A DNA stretch of 64,000 nt from a virus, in the IMG/VR virus record IMGVR_UViG_3300042892_002669, positions 1-64,000 of that record. One strand, given 5' to 3'. A program made the position numbers and the translations under genes. Below the pieces are notes generated by a model. The model was given only the letters and a program-made list of their open reading frames with translations, was not told the DNA's origin and did no database searches. Each line of letters starts with the position of its first letter. The first letter of the stretch is position 1. This document shows, piece by piece, positions 9,648 through 20,600 of the stretch.

Positions 9648-12600
9648 TTACTTTAATCCACTTAATTTCAAGAATTCAGCCATTAAGTCATTGGATTCAC
9701 TTACTTTTACTGAAGTATGTGGCAATGTGGTTTGATCGCGCTTTCTTCTGTTCAATCCACCAGATATAGTGTTCATCATAAAGTCTATATCTTGGTCAGC
9801 TTGGTCATCGGCTGAATTGGCATAGCTTTCTTCAACTTGTTCTTCAACTTCGTCTTTTTTAGATTTCTTTCTCTCATCACGAGCAGCATCCCATGAAGCT
9901 TTATCGTTATGATCTCCGCCCCAATTTTTTGGATTATCAGGATTTTCGTCATCTTCTTCGTCGTGTTCTTCGTATTCATCAGGATCGTCAGCTCTGGCTT
10001 CGTCTACCATTTGACCGTGTTCGCAAGAGCCTTCAGACATGCCACATTCATTGCATGAGCCTGATTCTTCTTCGTCGCTGGATTCTTCATCTGCGTAGTC
10101 GTCACTGGATTCGTCTGATCCAATACCTGACATCTTTTTCATCAGTGACAACATATCGTCACCACCTGATTCACCATCATCAACAGTGATAAGCGCAGTT
10201 CCTTCGTGGTCTTGATCACCTGACATGGGCACACCATAGTTAGAGAACTTGGTTGAGTCTTCTTGCTTGTTGCCCATGCCGCCTAAACCAGCGTTTCTCA
10301 TGATAGCCATGACTTCTTGTGCATCTGCACCCGAAGCAGTAACTGAGATAGTGTCATCTCCCTGATCGCCCTGTGTGGTGGATATAGTTAAACTTTCAGT
10401 TAATAACGAATTCAACTGTCTATTCCAACTTTCTAATTGTGTGTCCATATTTTTGCTTTCCTTAACATCAAAGTGTTTGTCGCCCAGTGTAAATGACTCT
10501 TTACCTGCAGCCTTTGCCATTTTTGCTGCATAAGTAAATGGACTTTCTTCTAATTCAGCTTCATCAATCTCTGACTTGCCTGTGGCAAATCTACCTAAAC
10601 CTGTACCTATATCAGATACATCTTTCTTGAATATGCTGAATGCGCCTTGTTTTTCTTTACTGCATTCACTTGCGGGCCAAACGTCCATGTCACCTGAAGC
10701 GGTGTGTACAAAACACTTGTCGCCTTCAACACGATCAACAGTTCCAGCAGTACCTCTCCAGTACACTGTTTCACCTGAATCAAATGCTTCTGGCAGCATG
10801 GCTGTTTCTGATGTTATCTGTGGTGCTCCCATGTCTTCTTGGAATCTGTTATATACCCATTGATGTGGATCGCCTGTACGTGCTTTGGCTATGCCATATG
10901 GAATCTCACCGCTGTCAAGGTAGTAATCAAACAGGGCCTCATATAAATCATCATCCATGTCCATATCTGGATTGGCCATGAACTGTTTGACTTCATGCTT
11001 GAATCTATTGGTAACATGCGCCAATGTATCATGCGAGTCTTCCATATGAATGCCTTCTTTGACAGTTTTCTTTGCTCTTAGTGCAGCAAAATCTTTAGCA
11101 TCTAATTTACCTTTTGGTGGGGCAACGTCAAGTTTCTTTTGACCACCTTTAAGACCTTCAAGTAAATCGTCGAGTGCGGCTGAATACGCCATGTGTACAA
11201 ATTCTTGTGTGTCTGGATGATTGCCACCTATTGTCCAATCCATTCCAGAAATATTGTCACTGTCAGGATATATAGTAGCAATTAATCCATTACTAAATTC
11301 TAATACCCACGTGCCGTCATCACCAGGAGGACCAAATGCAAATTCTAAATCTTCTGCGTTCGTTCTTAATGACCCCTGTTTTGTTGTACGGTTTGCCTTC
11401 ATTCCAGGATCATCACTGATGTTCATGGGAGTAATATCAAACTTGGGTAGATAACGTTTATCGTGTTTTGATCTGCCAAACATGCCTTCGTCTTGCTCGT
11501 CAATCTTTTTAGCAATTTTGTGTGCCTTGACAATTGTGCTTTTCTTCAGTGGAGGCTCGTCATCTGCTGCTTTCTTAGCCACTGCCATACCAATTGCATA
11601 TTTGTTTTTGGCTTTGGCTTCATTGATAGCTGCTTCTGATGATTCAATCCAATCTTTCAAACTGGATTTCTTCTCTTTGTACTCTGGGCTGCCCTTGGGT
11701 GGTTTGTCTGACAGTGTATGTCTGGTTACCTTGGTTGGGTTTGCTTTTGCATAAGATTTGCTCTCTTTATCTGAGGCACGCTTGGCAGCAGTGTCTTTTG
11801 GATTGGTAGCAACTACGTCACCCTTTGGACGACCACGCCCTTTTTTCTCAGCTGGCGCTTTGGAAACTGTAGTACCAGTATCTTCATCATCTGAGTCACC
11901 TTGGTATTCAGCGCCATAGCTGCCTGAATACTTCTGTCCCTTGATGTCAGCCATTTTAGCTTCGTTCATTGATATAGCATCCATGATGCCAAACATTTTT
12001 TTAAAGTCCATACTCATATGTGTTTCCTTAGATTCCTTTGTTATATTACTTAACTGCTTGATGTGCGCTAGTGCATCATCGCCTTCTTTTACTTGAGATT
12101 TGTCGCCGAGGCCAAAAAAGTTTTTAACTGCAGACAAGTTCCTGTCTCCAGATGCTTTTTGATCTGCTGCTTGTTGCGCAGCCTTTTCGGCGCCTGGATA
12201 CTGTTTGCCATAGTTGCTTTTGTTACTGTCCCATGCAATTTCATCGGGGCTTCTGGTAGTGTACAGGCCGCCAGTGCCAGTAGTTGTACTACCACCAGTA
12301 CCAGTACCTACAACTTGTGCTCCTGGTTCCAGTACAGGTTTGCCAGCGCCGGCTTGTGCTGCACGTAATTCAGTTGCTGCATCGGCAGGACTCATGCTAC
12401 TAATATTTGCTGGCAATGGCATTTTTGCATTTTGTGGTTCAATTATATTAGGCTGCATTGTATTGTTACTACCGCCGCGAGTTGCTGGCTGACTGGTAGT
12501 AGTATCTTCACCTGATTTATAATTGGGATTTGGTTTTCCGCCTACATATTGATATTCTGATGGTGTTGGACCACCAGCTGTTGCACTTGCTCTATCCGCT

Positions 12601-13679
12601 GTAGCTTGAGCTTGACGTTTGATGTTAGCTGATGCATTATTCGTAGGTGCCACTGGTTTAACTGCGGCCACCGGTGGTTGTTCACCAGTTGTAGTAGTGT
12701 TGCTACCCCGAGGAGCTTGTGCAAGATTTGATTGTGCTGCAATTCTTTCTCGCTCTCTACTGGCAGCATCAGGTCTTGCTGCGATTGCCAGCTTGGATGG
12801 TGGTGGCTTGACTGCAGGTGTTACCTTAGCTGGTATTGGCTTTGTTGGTAACGCCGCGTTAGGTGTAGTATTGAGCGGATATGTTCTTGACGGTAAACTT
12901 GCATTGTTGGCTGGCTCAGAGGCTGACCTCACCGGTGCTGCAGGTGTTGTTGCTACTGGTGCTGCAGGTGTTGTTGCTACTGGTGCTGCAGGTGCAGGTG
13001 CTGCGTTGGATGTGTTTGGTGCTGCGTTAGGTGGTGTTGTTGCTGCAGGTGCTGCAGGTGCTGTTGCTGCCCCAGAAGGAATCGCACCATACAATGCTTC
13101 TTTAGCAGCATCGTAGGCAGAAACGGCCGCGTATCCCAAGGCGCCAGCGCCGGCTAATGCCTTTTTTGGATTGTTCCATGCCAATTTTGCGGCATCAACT
13201 GCTCTGCTGGTTGCACTGGGCGTGTTCGCAGCCAGCGCAGCTTTCGCAGCTTTAGCATCCATAGCAGCTTGAATCTGTGGGGGTATTCGTTCATTCTTTG
13301 CACTTGCATTACTAAGATCGCCTTTTGTTGCGGCGGCTTTATCAGTAGCAGCCTTCTCAGTAGCAGCTTTCTCAGCAGTAGCAGCTTGGGCCGGCTTGGC
13401 CTTGGCAGCAGCTGGATTAACTAATATACTTTTTCCGGTATTAGCATTAGTCGAACCAGTTGGTACTGTATTTAATTTAGCTGTTGCAGGTTTAGCTTGT
13501 ACACCAAATTTGGACTTAAAATTAGGGTTGTTAACTTTACCTCCACCGCCACCTCCTGGAAAACCGCCTCCACCTAAATCAGGTGACATGAATGGATCTC
13601 CCCGGTGAGGGCTAGATTTTCCTAGATCACCCATGTATGTGTCGGCGTACGCCTCAGACAATATATTCTTGATCTTCAT
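9648..13679 (-). CDS. Large low-complexity probable internal head/core polyprotein
   Basis: 1343 aa, Ala/Pro-rich then acidic; many (L/I/V/M)xE|(A/S/G) sites; starts MKIKNILSEA, ends FLKLSGLK. Confidence 0.7.
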   Translation of the reverse strand: MKIKNILSEAYADTYMGDLGKSSPHRGDPFMSPDLGGGGFPGGGGGGKVNNPNFKSKFGVQAKPATAKLNTVPTGSTNANTGKSILVNPAAAKAKPAQAATAEKAATEKAATDKAAATKGDLSNASAKNERIPPQIQAAMDAKAAKAALAANTPSATSRAVDAAKLAWNNPKKALAGAGALGYAAVSAYDAAKEALYGAIPSGAATAPAAPAATTPPNAAPNTSNAAPAPAAPVATTPAAPVATTPAAPVRSASEPANNASLPSRTYPLNTTPNAALPTKPIPAKVTPAVKPPPSKLAIAARPDAASRERERIAAQSNLAQAPRGSNTTTTGEQPPVAAVKPVAPTNNASANIKRQAQATADRASATAGGPTPSEYQYVGGKPNPNYKSGEDTTTSQPATRGGSNNTMQPNIIEPQNAKMPLPANISSMSPADAATELRAAQAGAGKPVLEPGAQVVGTGTGGSTTTGTGGLYTTRSPDEIAWDSNKSNYGKQYPGAEKAAQQAADQKASGDRNLSAVKNFFGLGDKSQVKEGDDALAHIKQLSNITKESKETHMSMDFKKMFGIMDAISMNEAKMADIKGQKYSGSYGAEYQGDSDDEDTGTTVSKAPAEKKGRGRPKGDVVATNPKDTAAKRASDKESKSYAKANPTKVTRHTLSDKPPKGSPEYKEKKSSLKDWIESSEAAINEAKAKNKYAIGMAVAKKAADDEPPLKKSTIVKAHKIAKKIDEQDEGMFGRSKHDKRYLPKFDITPMNISDDPGMKANRTTKQGSLRTNAEDLEFAFGPPGDDGTWVLEFSNGLIATIYPDSDNISGMDWTIGGNHPDTQEFVHMAYSAALDDLLEGLKGGQKKLDVAPPKGKLDAKDFAALRAKKTVKEGIHMEDSHDTLAHVTNRFKHEVKQFMANPDMDMDDDLYEALFDYYLDSGEIPYGIAKARTGDPHQWVYNRFQEDMGAPQITSETAMLPEAFDSGETVYWRGTAGTVDRVEGDKCFVHTASGDMDVWPASECSKEKQGAFSIFKKDVSDIGTGLGRFATGKSEIDEAELEESPFTYAAKMAKAAGKESFTLGDKHFDVKESKNMDTQLESWNRQLNSLLTESLTISTTQGDQGDDTISVTASGADAQEVMAIMRNAGLGGMGNKQEDSTKFSNYGVPMSGDQDHEGTALITVDDGESGGDDMLSLMKKMSGIGSDESSDDYADEESSDEEESGSCNECGMSEGSCEHGQMVDEARADDPDEYEEHDEEDDENPDNPKNWGGDHNDKASWDAARDERKKSKKDEVEEQVEESYANSADDQADQDIDFMMNTISGGLNRRKRDQTTLPHTSVKVSESNDLMAEFLKLSGLK
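12934..13070. repeat. In-frame tandem repeats (24-bp unit GGTGCTGCAGGTGTTGTTGCTACT encoding PAAPVATT, plus degenerate copies)
   Basis: Two exact copies and further partial copies read directly. Confidence 0.85.
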
Positions 13680-13897
13680 TTTCTACTACCTCTAGCGTCT
13701 AATTTTTCTTCTATTCTAGCCAACTGCTGTTGTACTGCAGTTAATTTTTCATTAGTGGACTGTGCTTTAACAGTGATCACTTCTACCTTTTTGTCTAAGT
13801 CAGCCATGGCAGTGTTCATGGTCATGTATCCTGTGCCACCCAAACTACAGGCGCCGATAACTATCCAAGTCAACTGGCCGGAGCTGAAGTCTATCAT
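13676..13897 (-). CDS. Small single-TM coiled-coil protein
   Basis: Hydrophobic LTWIVIGACSLGGTGYM followed by heptads ending LARIEEKLD. Confidence 0.7.
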   Translation of the reverse strand: MIDFSSGQLTWIVIGACSLGGTGYMTMNTAMADLDKKVEVITVKAQSTNEKLTAVQQQLARIEEKLDARGSRK

Positions 13898-14487
13898 TTT
13901 CTAGCTCCAGTGGCTGGCTTAGGAGGACGACTAACACTGGTCATTGGACTCTTGGTTTGTATGTTCTCTTTAGATTTGTTGGGCGCTGTGGGTGTTTTAT
14001 CACCTGCATAGTCAATAGTGACGCTTGGTTCTTTGGGTAACACTTTATCCAAATATTGATTGCCATAGTCTTTGTTTGCCTGCTCTGCGCCACTGTCAGT
14101 CTCATATGGACTGGTTATCAATGGGCTTGCCTGATTGGCGTATTGATCATTCTCACTGTTGATGCTGTCATCGTACTGTGAAGAAATCACTCTCACTGAG
14201 TTTATATTCTTACCCAACAATTGAGCCATTTGCTGAATCATTGGTTCAGTGGCAGGGTACTTGAACTCTGCTTTAAAGATATGAACTGACTCGTTTTTCA
14301 GATCAGGAAAGCCGTATGGGTCTTTCATGATGGGGATAGTTTTTGGATCGCTGACACTAACTGGATCAAATTTGTTCAAGTTGTACTTGAACATTTCAAT
14401 AAAATTCTTATCGAGATCACCTGCTATCTTAATAGTGTAATGGTATGTTCTTACACTTTCAGTTAAATATTGACGTAGACTTTTCAT
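13894..14487 (-). CDS. Hypothetical head-associated protein
   Basis: Start MKSLRQYLTES after AGGA RBS and late promoter at 14508-14515. Confidence 0.75.
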   Translation of the reverse strand: MKSLRQYLTESVRTYHYTIKIAGDLDKNFIEMFKYNLNKFDPVSVSDPKTIPIMKDPYGFPDLKNESVHIFKAEFKYPATEPMIQQMAQLLGKNINSVRVISSQYDDSINSENDQYANQASPLITSPYETDSGAEQANKDYGNQYLDKVLPKEPSVTIDYAGDKTPTAPNKSKENIQTKSPMTSVSRPPKPATGARK

Positions 14488-14506
14488 GGTTTGTTTCCTA
14501 TTAGTA

Positions 14507-14998
14507 TTATTTATCACTATTGGTGTTTTTGTTTGCCAATAACATTTTCAGCAGTTCGTTTCTATCAAGTACACTGCCCGTTCCCAATGGCGTAGATTCT
14601 ACTTCTTTGGTCTTTTCTGTGGTTTTTTGATCTAATGCTGCTTTTTTAAGCTGCAAGTCAATCATTTTTAACTTTTTATTCAATTTAGCTGTTTTTGCAG
14701 TGATTGCATGCCCCAACATACTGCTGGCACTGTTAAATATCTCACTGGCAAATCTGCTGTCCACTTGCATTCCCAGTTCCATCAAGTCATCAAAGCTTTC
14801 TTTGGCTAACTGTGCCAGTTCATCCATCTCAGCATCGCTGGCTTCTAACCCTCGTACCTGGGGTAATGCACTTTCTATTTTTTCTAAATTTGAATATGCC
14901 TGAGTAGTAACTTGCTCAATTGCCTGCACTTGGTCAGACTCACGCTGTGGTGCAATATCTTCTGGCAATTCAAACAATTCTGAAAGTTTCTTTGTCAT
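14507..14998 (-). CDS. Putative terminase small subunit (gp16-like)
   Basis: Helical SRFASEIF...KLNKKLKMIDLQ and C-terminal DRNELLKML resemble gp16-type proteins; adjacent to gp4. Confidence 0.5.
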   Translation of the reverse strand: MTKKLSELFELPEDIAPQRESDQVQAIEQVTTQAYSNLEKIESALPQVRGLEASDAEMDELAQLAKESFDDLMELGMQVDSRFASEIFNSASSMLGHAITAKTAKLNKKLKMIDLQLKKAALDQKTTEKTKEVESTPLGTGSVLDRNELLKMLLANKNTNSDK

Positions 14999-15023
14999 AC
15001 TACTCCTATATAGTAGTATTTAT

Positions 15024-15461
15024 TTACTTTTTTTTACCATTATAAAAAATGTCGTCTTCAGTTATTACTCTAAACACCAATCCCTGACTCTTACAATATG
15101 CATGGGCTGCTTGCCATTTGGCATGATTTACTGCCACCACTGCTCGGTCAGACACACTGGCCTTTTTACTTTCAATGATACTTTGTTTTTTTGGCTTGAT
15201 CTCCACTACTTCAGCTATTTTACTTCCATATTTGTTTTGATACACTACCACAAAGTCGGGAATGTAATTTGCAATTTTGCCTGTAAGCGGATTACGATAG
15301 GGTATTTTAATAGACTCACTGGCCCAGTTTAACACATTGGGATTGTTGTCAAGGAATGTCATGAATGTGAGTTCCCAACCTGATCTGAATCTGGGCTTGT
15401 GGTTGCCCAAATACTTTTCAGTGTTTTTCACTTCGTATATTCCCTGCGCAAAGCGTGACAT
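15024..15461 (-). CDS. gp4: Head completion nuclease (T4 gp4-like)
   Basis: RSGWEL.FM.FLD, WASE.I.IPY, YIPDF, EIKP..Q, N.AKW.AA. Confidence 0.9.
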   Translation of the reverse strand: MSRFAQGIYEVKNTEKYLGNHKPRFRSGWELTFMTFLDNNPNVLNWASESIKIPYRNPLTGKIANYIPDFVVVYQNKYGSKIAEVVEIKPKKQSIIESKKASVSDRAVVAVNHAKWQAAHAYCKSQGLVFRVITEDDIFYNGKKK

Positions 15462-15826
15462 TATATCACTATGTTTCGTTGAATTGCTTGATTTGGTTGA
15501 GGTGCTGAGCTTACACCATATAGTGTAGCCTTTGATTTTATACTGTTAAGATAGTAGGCCATGATAGCATTCATTTCTAGGCCACTCTTGCCCTTGATCT
15601 CATCCAGCAGCGTTAACACATGGTAACCAGTCATGTCTGCTATTCTGAACAAAAAAATTGTAAAGTTAGTGGCAATAGTATTGCTGTCACTCACGCTTAT
15701 AAAGTAGCTGCGAACTACGTCATACTCAGCAGCACCAATAGGTACGGTGTTGTCAAAAGCCTGCTCAAATTGTCTGGTGTCACTGTCCTGATTGGTGGTT
15801 GGTGCGCTGTCTAGTGTTTTACTCAT
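15461..15826 (-). CDS. Hypothetical protein
   Basis: 121-aa ORF in the tail/head-completion cluster. Confidence 0.75.
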   Translation of the reverse strand: MSKTLDSAPTTNQDSDTRQFEQAFDNTVPIGAAEYDVVRSYFISVSDSNTIATNFTIFLFRIADMTGYHVLTLLDEIKGKSGLEMNAIMAYYLNSIKSKATLYGVSSAPQPNQAIQRNIVI

Positions 15827-15852
15827 TGTGTTACCCCAAGTGTATGTTGTAT

Positions 15853-16965
15853 TTATTTGGTGCCGTTATACACTGGGAAATTAAATGCACTGTTTCTATT
15901 GGGAGTGCCTCTGGCTGCATCTGATACTCCACCCAACAAATCACCTTTTACTGCATTGAGTAAACCACCTGATTTAAAGGTGTTGGCTGTTCTGCCTGCG
16001 GTTTGAACTGCACCCAGAATGTTGCCACTGGCCAAGTCACTGACAATTGAATCAACTCCATCAACTAGGCCGCCCTGCCCCAATATAGTACCATTGGCGC
16101 CGGCACGTGCTATAGGACTCACTGTTTTATCATAGTGTGCAGGATTTGCAAAATCATCCAAGCTGGGATCTCGACCATCAATCGCGCCTGCTGCATACTT
16201 GACAGTTTCATACCCAATGGTCATGCTATTTTCCATTGTACCACCTGCTTCACTGTAACTGTAGGTGTCATGCTTAAAACCAGTTATCATTGGATTTATC
16301 AACGTGTACATCGATACATTGTGCTGGTTAAATCCATGTATTCTGATTGATTTAAAAAACGGCACTTTACTCATACTCAATGAGCCAGCCAACTGAGATC
16401 GTTGATCTGCCGCGCTTTCGCCTATGTAACCCCAATCAACTGATTCCATATCATAATCATATATATTTCTTTTATTGTAATCTATTTTTTCTGGACCACG
16501 ACTCACTTGACGGCTGGAATCCATTCCCACTTTAGTGGCATCTTTATAATAGTAAGTGTAATAGTTATACCATAGTTGTCTGATCAAGTTGGCATTGTCA
16601 TCATGAAACGTAATGTTGATGTCATCATACTTGATTTTAGTTTGTACAATACGCTTTCTATTGTACTGATTCATAGTGTGAGTATCAAACGTGAAGGCTG
16701 GCAATTGAATTGTTTTTACTGCCAATCCAAATTGGTTGTCAACAGGAAATGCTGCGTTAGTGGGATCGATTAGATTGGTGTTTATATCAAAGTATACATG
16801 AAATAAAAACTTAAATTTAGGACTATATGAATAACTGTCAGTTCTAAATGTCTTTGACGCATGTTGAAAATCGCGCAGGTAGTCGTTGCCAAAGAACCCT
16901 TTGGCAACTCCACTCAACGTTCTACCTACTGAATCTCCTAATAGATTCTCGATAAATCCGGCCAT
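15853..16965 (-). CDS. Tail tube-like baseplate/tube junction protein (gp54/gp48-like)
   Basis: Tube-fold pattern VKTIQLP.F, I.YDDINITFHDD, MTIGYE; follows the tube gene. Confidence 0.7.
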   Translation of the reverse strand: MAGFIENLLGDSVGRTLSGVAKGFFGNDYLRDFQHASKTFRTDSYSYSPKFKFLFHVYFDINTNLIDPTNAAFPVDNQFGLAVKTIQLPAFTFDTHTMNQYNRKRIVQTKIKYDDINITFHDDNANLIRQLWYNYYTYYYKDATKVGMDSSRQVSRGPEKIDYNKRNIYDYDMESVDWGYIGESAADQRSQLAGSLSMSKVPFFKSIRIHGFNQHNVSMYTLINPMITGFKHDTYSYSEAGGTMENSMTIGYETVKYAAGAIDGRDPSLDDFANPAHYDKTVSPIARAGANGTILGQGGLVDGVDSIVSDLASGNILGAVQTAGRTANTFKSGGLLNAVKGDLLGGVSDAARGTPNRNSAFNFPVYNGTK

Positions 16966-16971
16966 TGAGAA

Positions 16972-17607
16972 TTATCTTCCGCCGCCGATACCAGTTACTG
17001 TAGTACCACCGAATGCACGACCAACTTGTACGCCAACACCTGAACTTAATGGTGATTGGATTGCGTTGTCGAATCTAATTGCCAACTGCATAGTGGCCAT
17101 TTCACTTGAACCGTAGTTCAAGTTGTTATAGTTCACTGACTGCAAGAAGCAACCATATAGTTCCCATGTTTCTAGTACGTTGGGTGTTAATGTACCATTA
17201 CCACCGTCTAGAACTTCGTAGTTTACCTGAAACTTATAGTCTTGTCCAGTAGCAGCACTGGCTTGCTCAACAAAGTCCATTTGTTTCTGCAATTGCTGAC
17301 CTACCAATTTGGCTACGCTACCAGATGCGTCATCACGCAAGTTGATAGTAGTAGCTGCCCATTCATGTTTACCTGCCAAATACATTTTACTGTTGTAGAT
17401 GTCAATTGGAATTTCAGAGAAACTCACTGAAGGACGAGTGACATCCATTACTTGTTTGGTTAACTCTTGGGTAGAACCACCTACCCCAAAGTTTAAAAAC
17501 AATGCTCTAAAACGATATTGTAGCTTGGGCATCAACAGACCTTGAGAACTAGCTGTATTATCCGCCCCTACGGTCATATTGAACAATGATTGTGATGCTG
17601 TTGCCAT
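16972..17607 (-). CDS. gp19: Tail tube protein (gp19-like)
   Basis: YRFR, P.VSF.EI, YLAGK.EW, WELYGCF..SVNY..L.Y, IRFDNA; directly after the sheath gene. Confidence 0.88.
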   Translation of the reverse strand: MATASQSLFNMTVGADNTASSQGLLMPKLQYRFRALFLNFGVGGSTQELTKQVMDVTRPSVSFSEIPIDIYNSKMYLAGKHEWAATTINLRDDASGSVAKLVGQQLQKQMDFVEQASAATGQDYKFQVNYEVLDGGNGTLTPNVLETWELYGCFLQSVNYNNLNYGSSEMATMQLAIRFDNAIQSPLSSGVGVQVGRAFGGTTVTGIGGGR

Positions 17608-17626
17608 GTTTAAATCTCCTTAATAT

Positions 17627-17634
17627 TATTTATC
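17627..17634 (-). promoter_or_regulatory. Late promoter GATAAATA (tail tube)
   Basis: Followed by AAGGAG RBS and ATG 17607. Confidence 0.7.
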
Positions 17635-17663
17635 TATGAATTTATGCTCAGGTTCTGAACAAT

Positions 17664-20600
17664 TTATTGTCCAGATAATGCTGCGATTCCACCTGTGTTC
17701 AACACACGAACTGGAATATAGATAAATTCTGCTGCTTTTGTTGGTTCAATTGCAATGTCAATGTGCAACTCATTTCTGTCAATGACAGCAGGAGTGTTGT
17801 TAGATCCATCACATACTACCAAGTAATCATATAAACCGCGTTTGCTAACTAAATCAACAAACAGAGTTTGTACCACTGCTGCTATCTGACTGCGTGTCAG
17901 TGCATCATTGGGTTCAAATATGAACGGACGAGTGATTGACTGTAATCTTTCGCGGATATAGCAAATCAGGCGCGCCACATTTGTACGATCCAATGCACTA
18001 CTAGTGGCTTTACTGTTCTTGTTACCATAGTTCAATAAGCCAATACCAGTGAATGATGCCAATGGATTGATTTGATTGGTGTACAGAACGTCACGAATTG
18101 CATTACGATTCTTCACTGATTGGAATTCACCAGTCAATGCATCAATGTAACCAATACTAGTGGCGTTGTCGATAGTACCACGACGAGTACCAGCTGCTGC
18201 TAACCAAGGATAAGCGATTCTGTCATTACGTAAGAATGTACGCAGCATCATGTGACTCGCTGGCACTACTACACTTGTTCCGCCGGGTTCTGTGGCGATA
18301 CCACTTGGATAGAATAAGCCCATGTACTCATCACGTGTAACCAAACCATCTTCACCTGATCCGGCAGCACCAACTGTGTTGTTGGCCCAAGCTAACAAAT
18401 CAGATGCCTGATCAGATAATCTTAGTGGAGTATCACCAATGATGTAGGCAGTGTTATTTCTCTCGTTGTTTAAGCCAACCATTTCAGGTTGCAGCTCAGG
18501 ATAACCTGGGCATGCCATTAGGTTCATGAATGTGTCTTCTTCACGAATCGCCATGTTAGTTGAAATTGCTGATTTCATTGCCACTGTTACCATGTGACGT
18601 TGAGCCTTGCGACCCATATATGGACTTCCATCAGTCTTTAGTCCACTGGCAGATACCCATGCATCAATCATGATAGGCAGCGATTGATCTGGGAAATTTG
18701 CTGCAGTAAAGTAATTGGTTCTGTATTGCTTGACATTGTACCCCGAACGGCGTGTGTTGAACAACAACATACCCTGTGGGTACAATCCTGCAGCAGGAGC
18801 ATCTAAATCCAAATAGTTGCTTACCAGCAGGCTAGCAATGCTTGGAATAGGATCATTTGCTGGATCGATATCGCTAGTACTACCCCAACGAGCGTCTGCA
18901 AATAAGATACCGTCATTGGTAGTTTGATCAGTTACATCAATTTTCACCCAAGTATCTATTCCATCTGACGACTGCCAGCGATATAGTGCTGGATAGTTTT
19001 CTAAATCGTTTGAATCTAACCATAAGTCACCGTAAGCTAGTGCAGAAACGCCATCTGACTGCACAGTTGGTGCATCTGTTGCAATTATTGGGCCGGCGCT
19101 GTCAGTGCTGTTAAGTCCACTTGAGATCGGGTTTCCTTGGTTGTCATATGCAGTGTTACGATATCCGATCCATGCACCTTGCTTTTGGATCATAATATCT
19201 ACTTGATCTATAACGCTATAGAACCAATTGGTTTTGTTTAATGGTGCCTTTGTAGGGGCGCCCTCATTGGCAGTGTATGCGATTCTGTTCCAATTGCTTG
19301 CACCCAAGTAATAACCCAAGTTAGGAGCTCCTGAAACGTATGCCACACCAATTACGCCATTGCTGTTCATGATTGGACCAACTCCAGCTACTGCAGTTGA
19401 ATCCAATTCAGTTACTGTCAATGTTAAGTCATTAGTAGGAGTAGTTCCACCCAATTGATCACCAGAAATAACTATCAGATCGCCAACTGAATAGTCAATA
19501 CCAGCACTGGTAATACCATCGATCATATATGTTTTGCCTGATGCAAACACATTGAACACCGCATTTGATCCGGCAGCGCCGCCTGTTGGACGAGTTGAGC
19601 TGGTTTGCTGTGCTGAGCTATTGGTGATGCTGGCTATGTGCCTACGACTGATGCCAGTGGTTGCACCAAGGATAAATCCTGCGGCCTCTAGTACAGCTTG
19701 ATTAGAGTTGTTACCAGGTACGCTTAGTACAATCTCACCACCCAGAGTATGGGTTAGTTGTATGGCGCCACCTGCTGTAACTGCTGCTGTGGTATTTGGA
19801 ATACTCGCGCCTGACCATGCAGTGACAAAATCAGCAGCAGTCTCACCTGGAATTACCAATGTGTAGGGAGTACTCAACACGGCAGAACCAACTGTTGAAA
19901 CTCTGACTACCAACTGATCGCCGTATGTAAATGTAGGATTAGTTATGGTTCCTGTTACCACTGTAGCGCCCTTAGTGGTACGCTCGTACAAGTAAACTGG
20001 GCTACCTGGAACTGCCATGGCCATTGAGTAGTCACCAACTACGGTGCCTGCTGCAATATTCTTACCGCCTGCTCCATCTAATTGATAGTTTGCATCAGTG
20101 ATGCTTGTATATAGTTTTACATTTTTCTGAACGAAGGATTCAGTAGTGCTGCTATATTGTGCTAGCACTGTGCTGATACCAGCTCCAGCTGCACTGGTCT
20201 TAATCCAAACAGATCCGGTTGGGCGTGGGCTGGTTTGCCCTGCGGTCCACATTGGCATTTCTGCTGAAGTACCGTAGGCTATGTCAGGTTGATAGTACTT
20301 GGTTGTAGAACTTAATCCCAAGTAGTCTAGGATTGTTTCTGTTGTGCCACCGTAGGTTGCTGAGCTGAATTGAATGAATGATTCTTCAGCTGGCGAGGAA
20401 GAATATACTACTACATATTTACCGGAACTGTCTATTCCTGCACTGATTCTGTCCAATCCCAATTGATTTATGTCATTGGCAACGTCAACTGCTGTATTAC
20501 CTGAAACGGTAACTGTCACGTTATATTCGTCATTTACATTTATAGTAAAAGTGCTACCAACAATATTCAATTGCTGTGATGAGCTTAGATCGCCGCCGAA

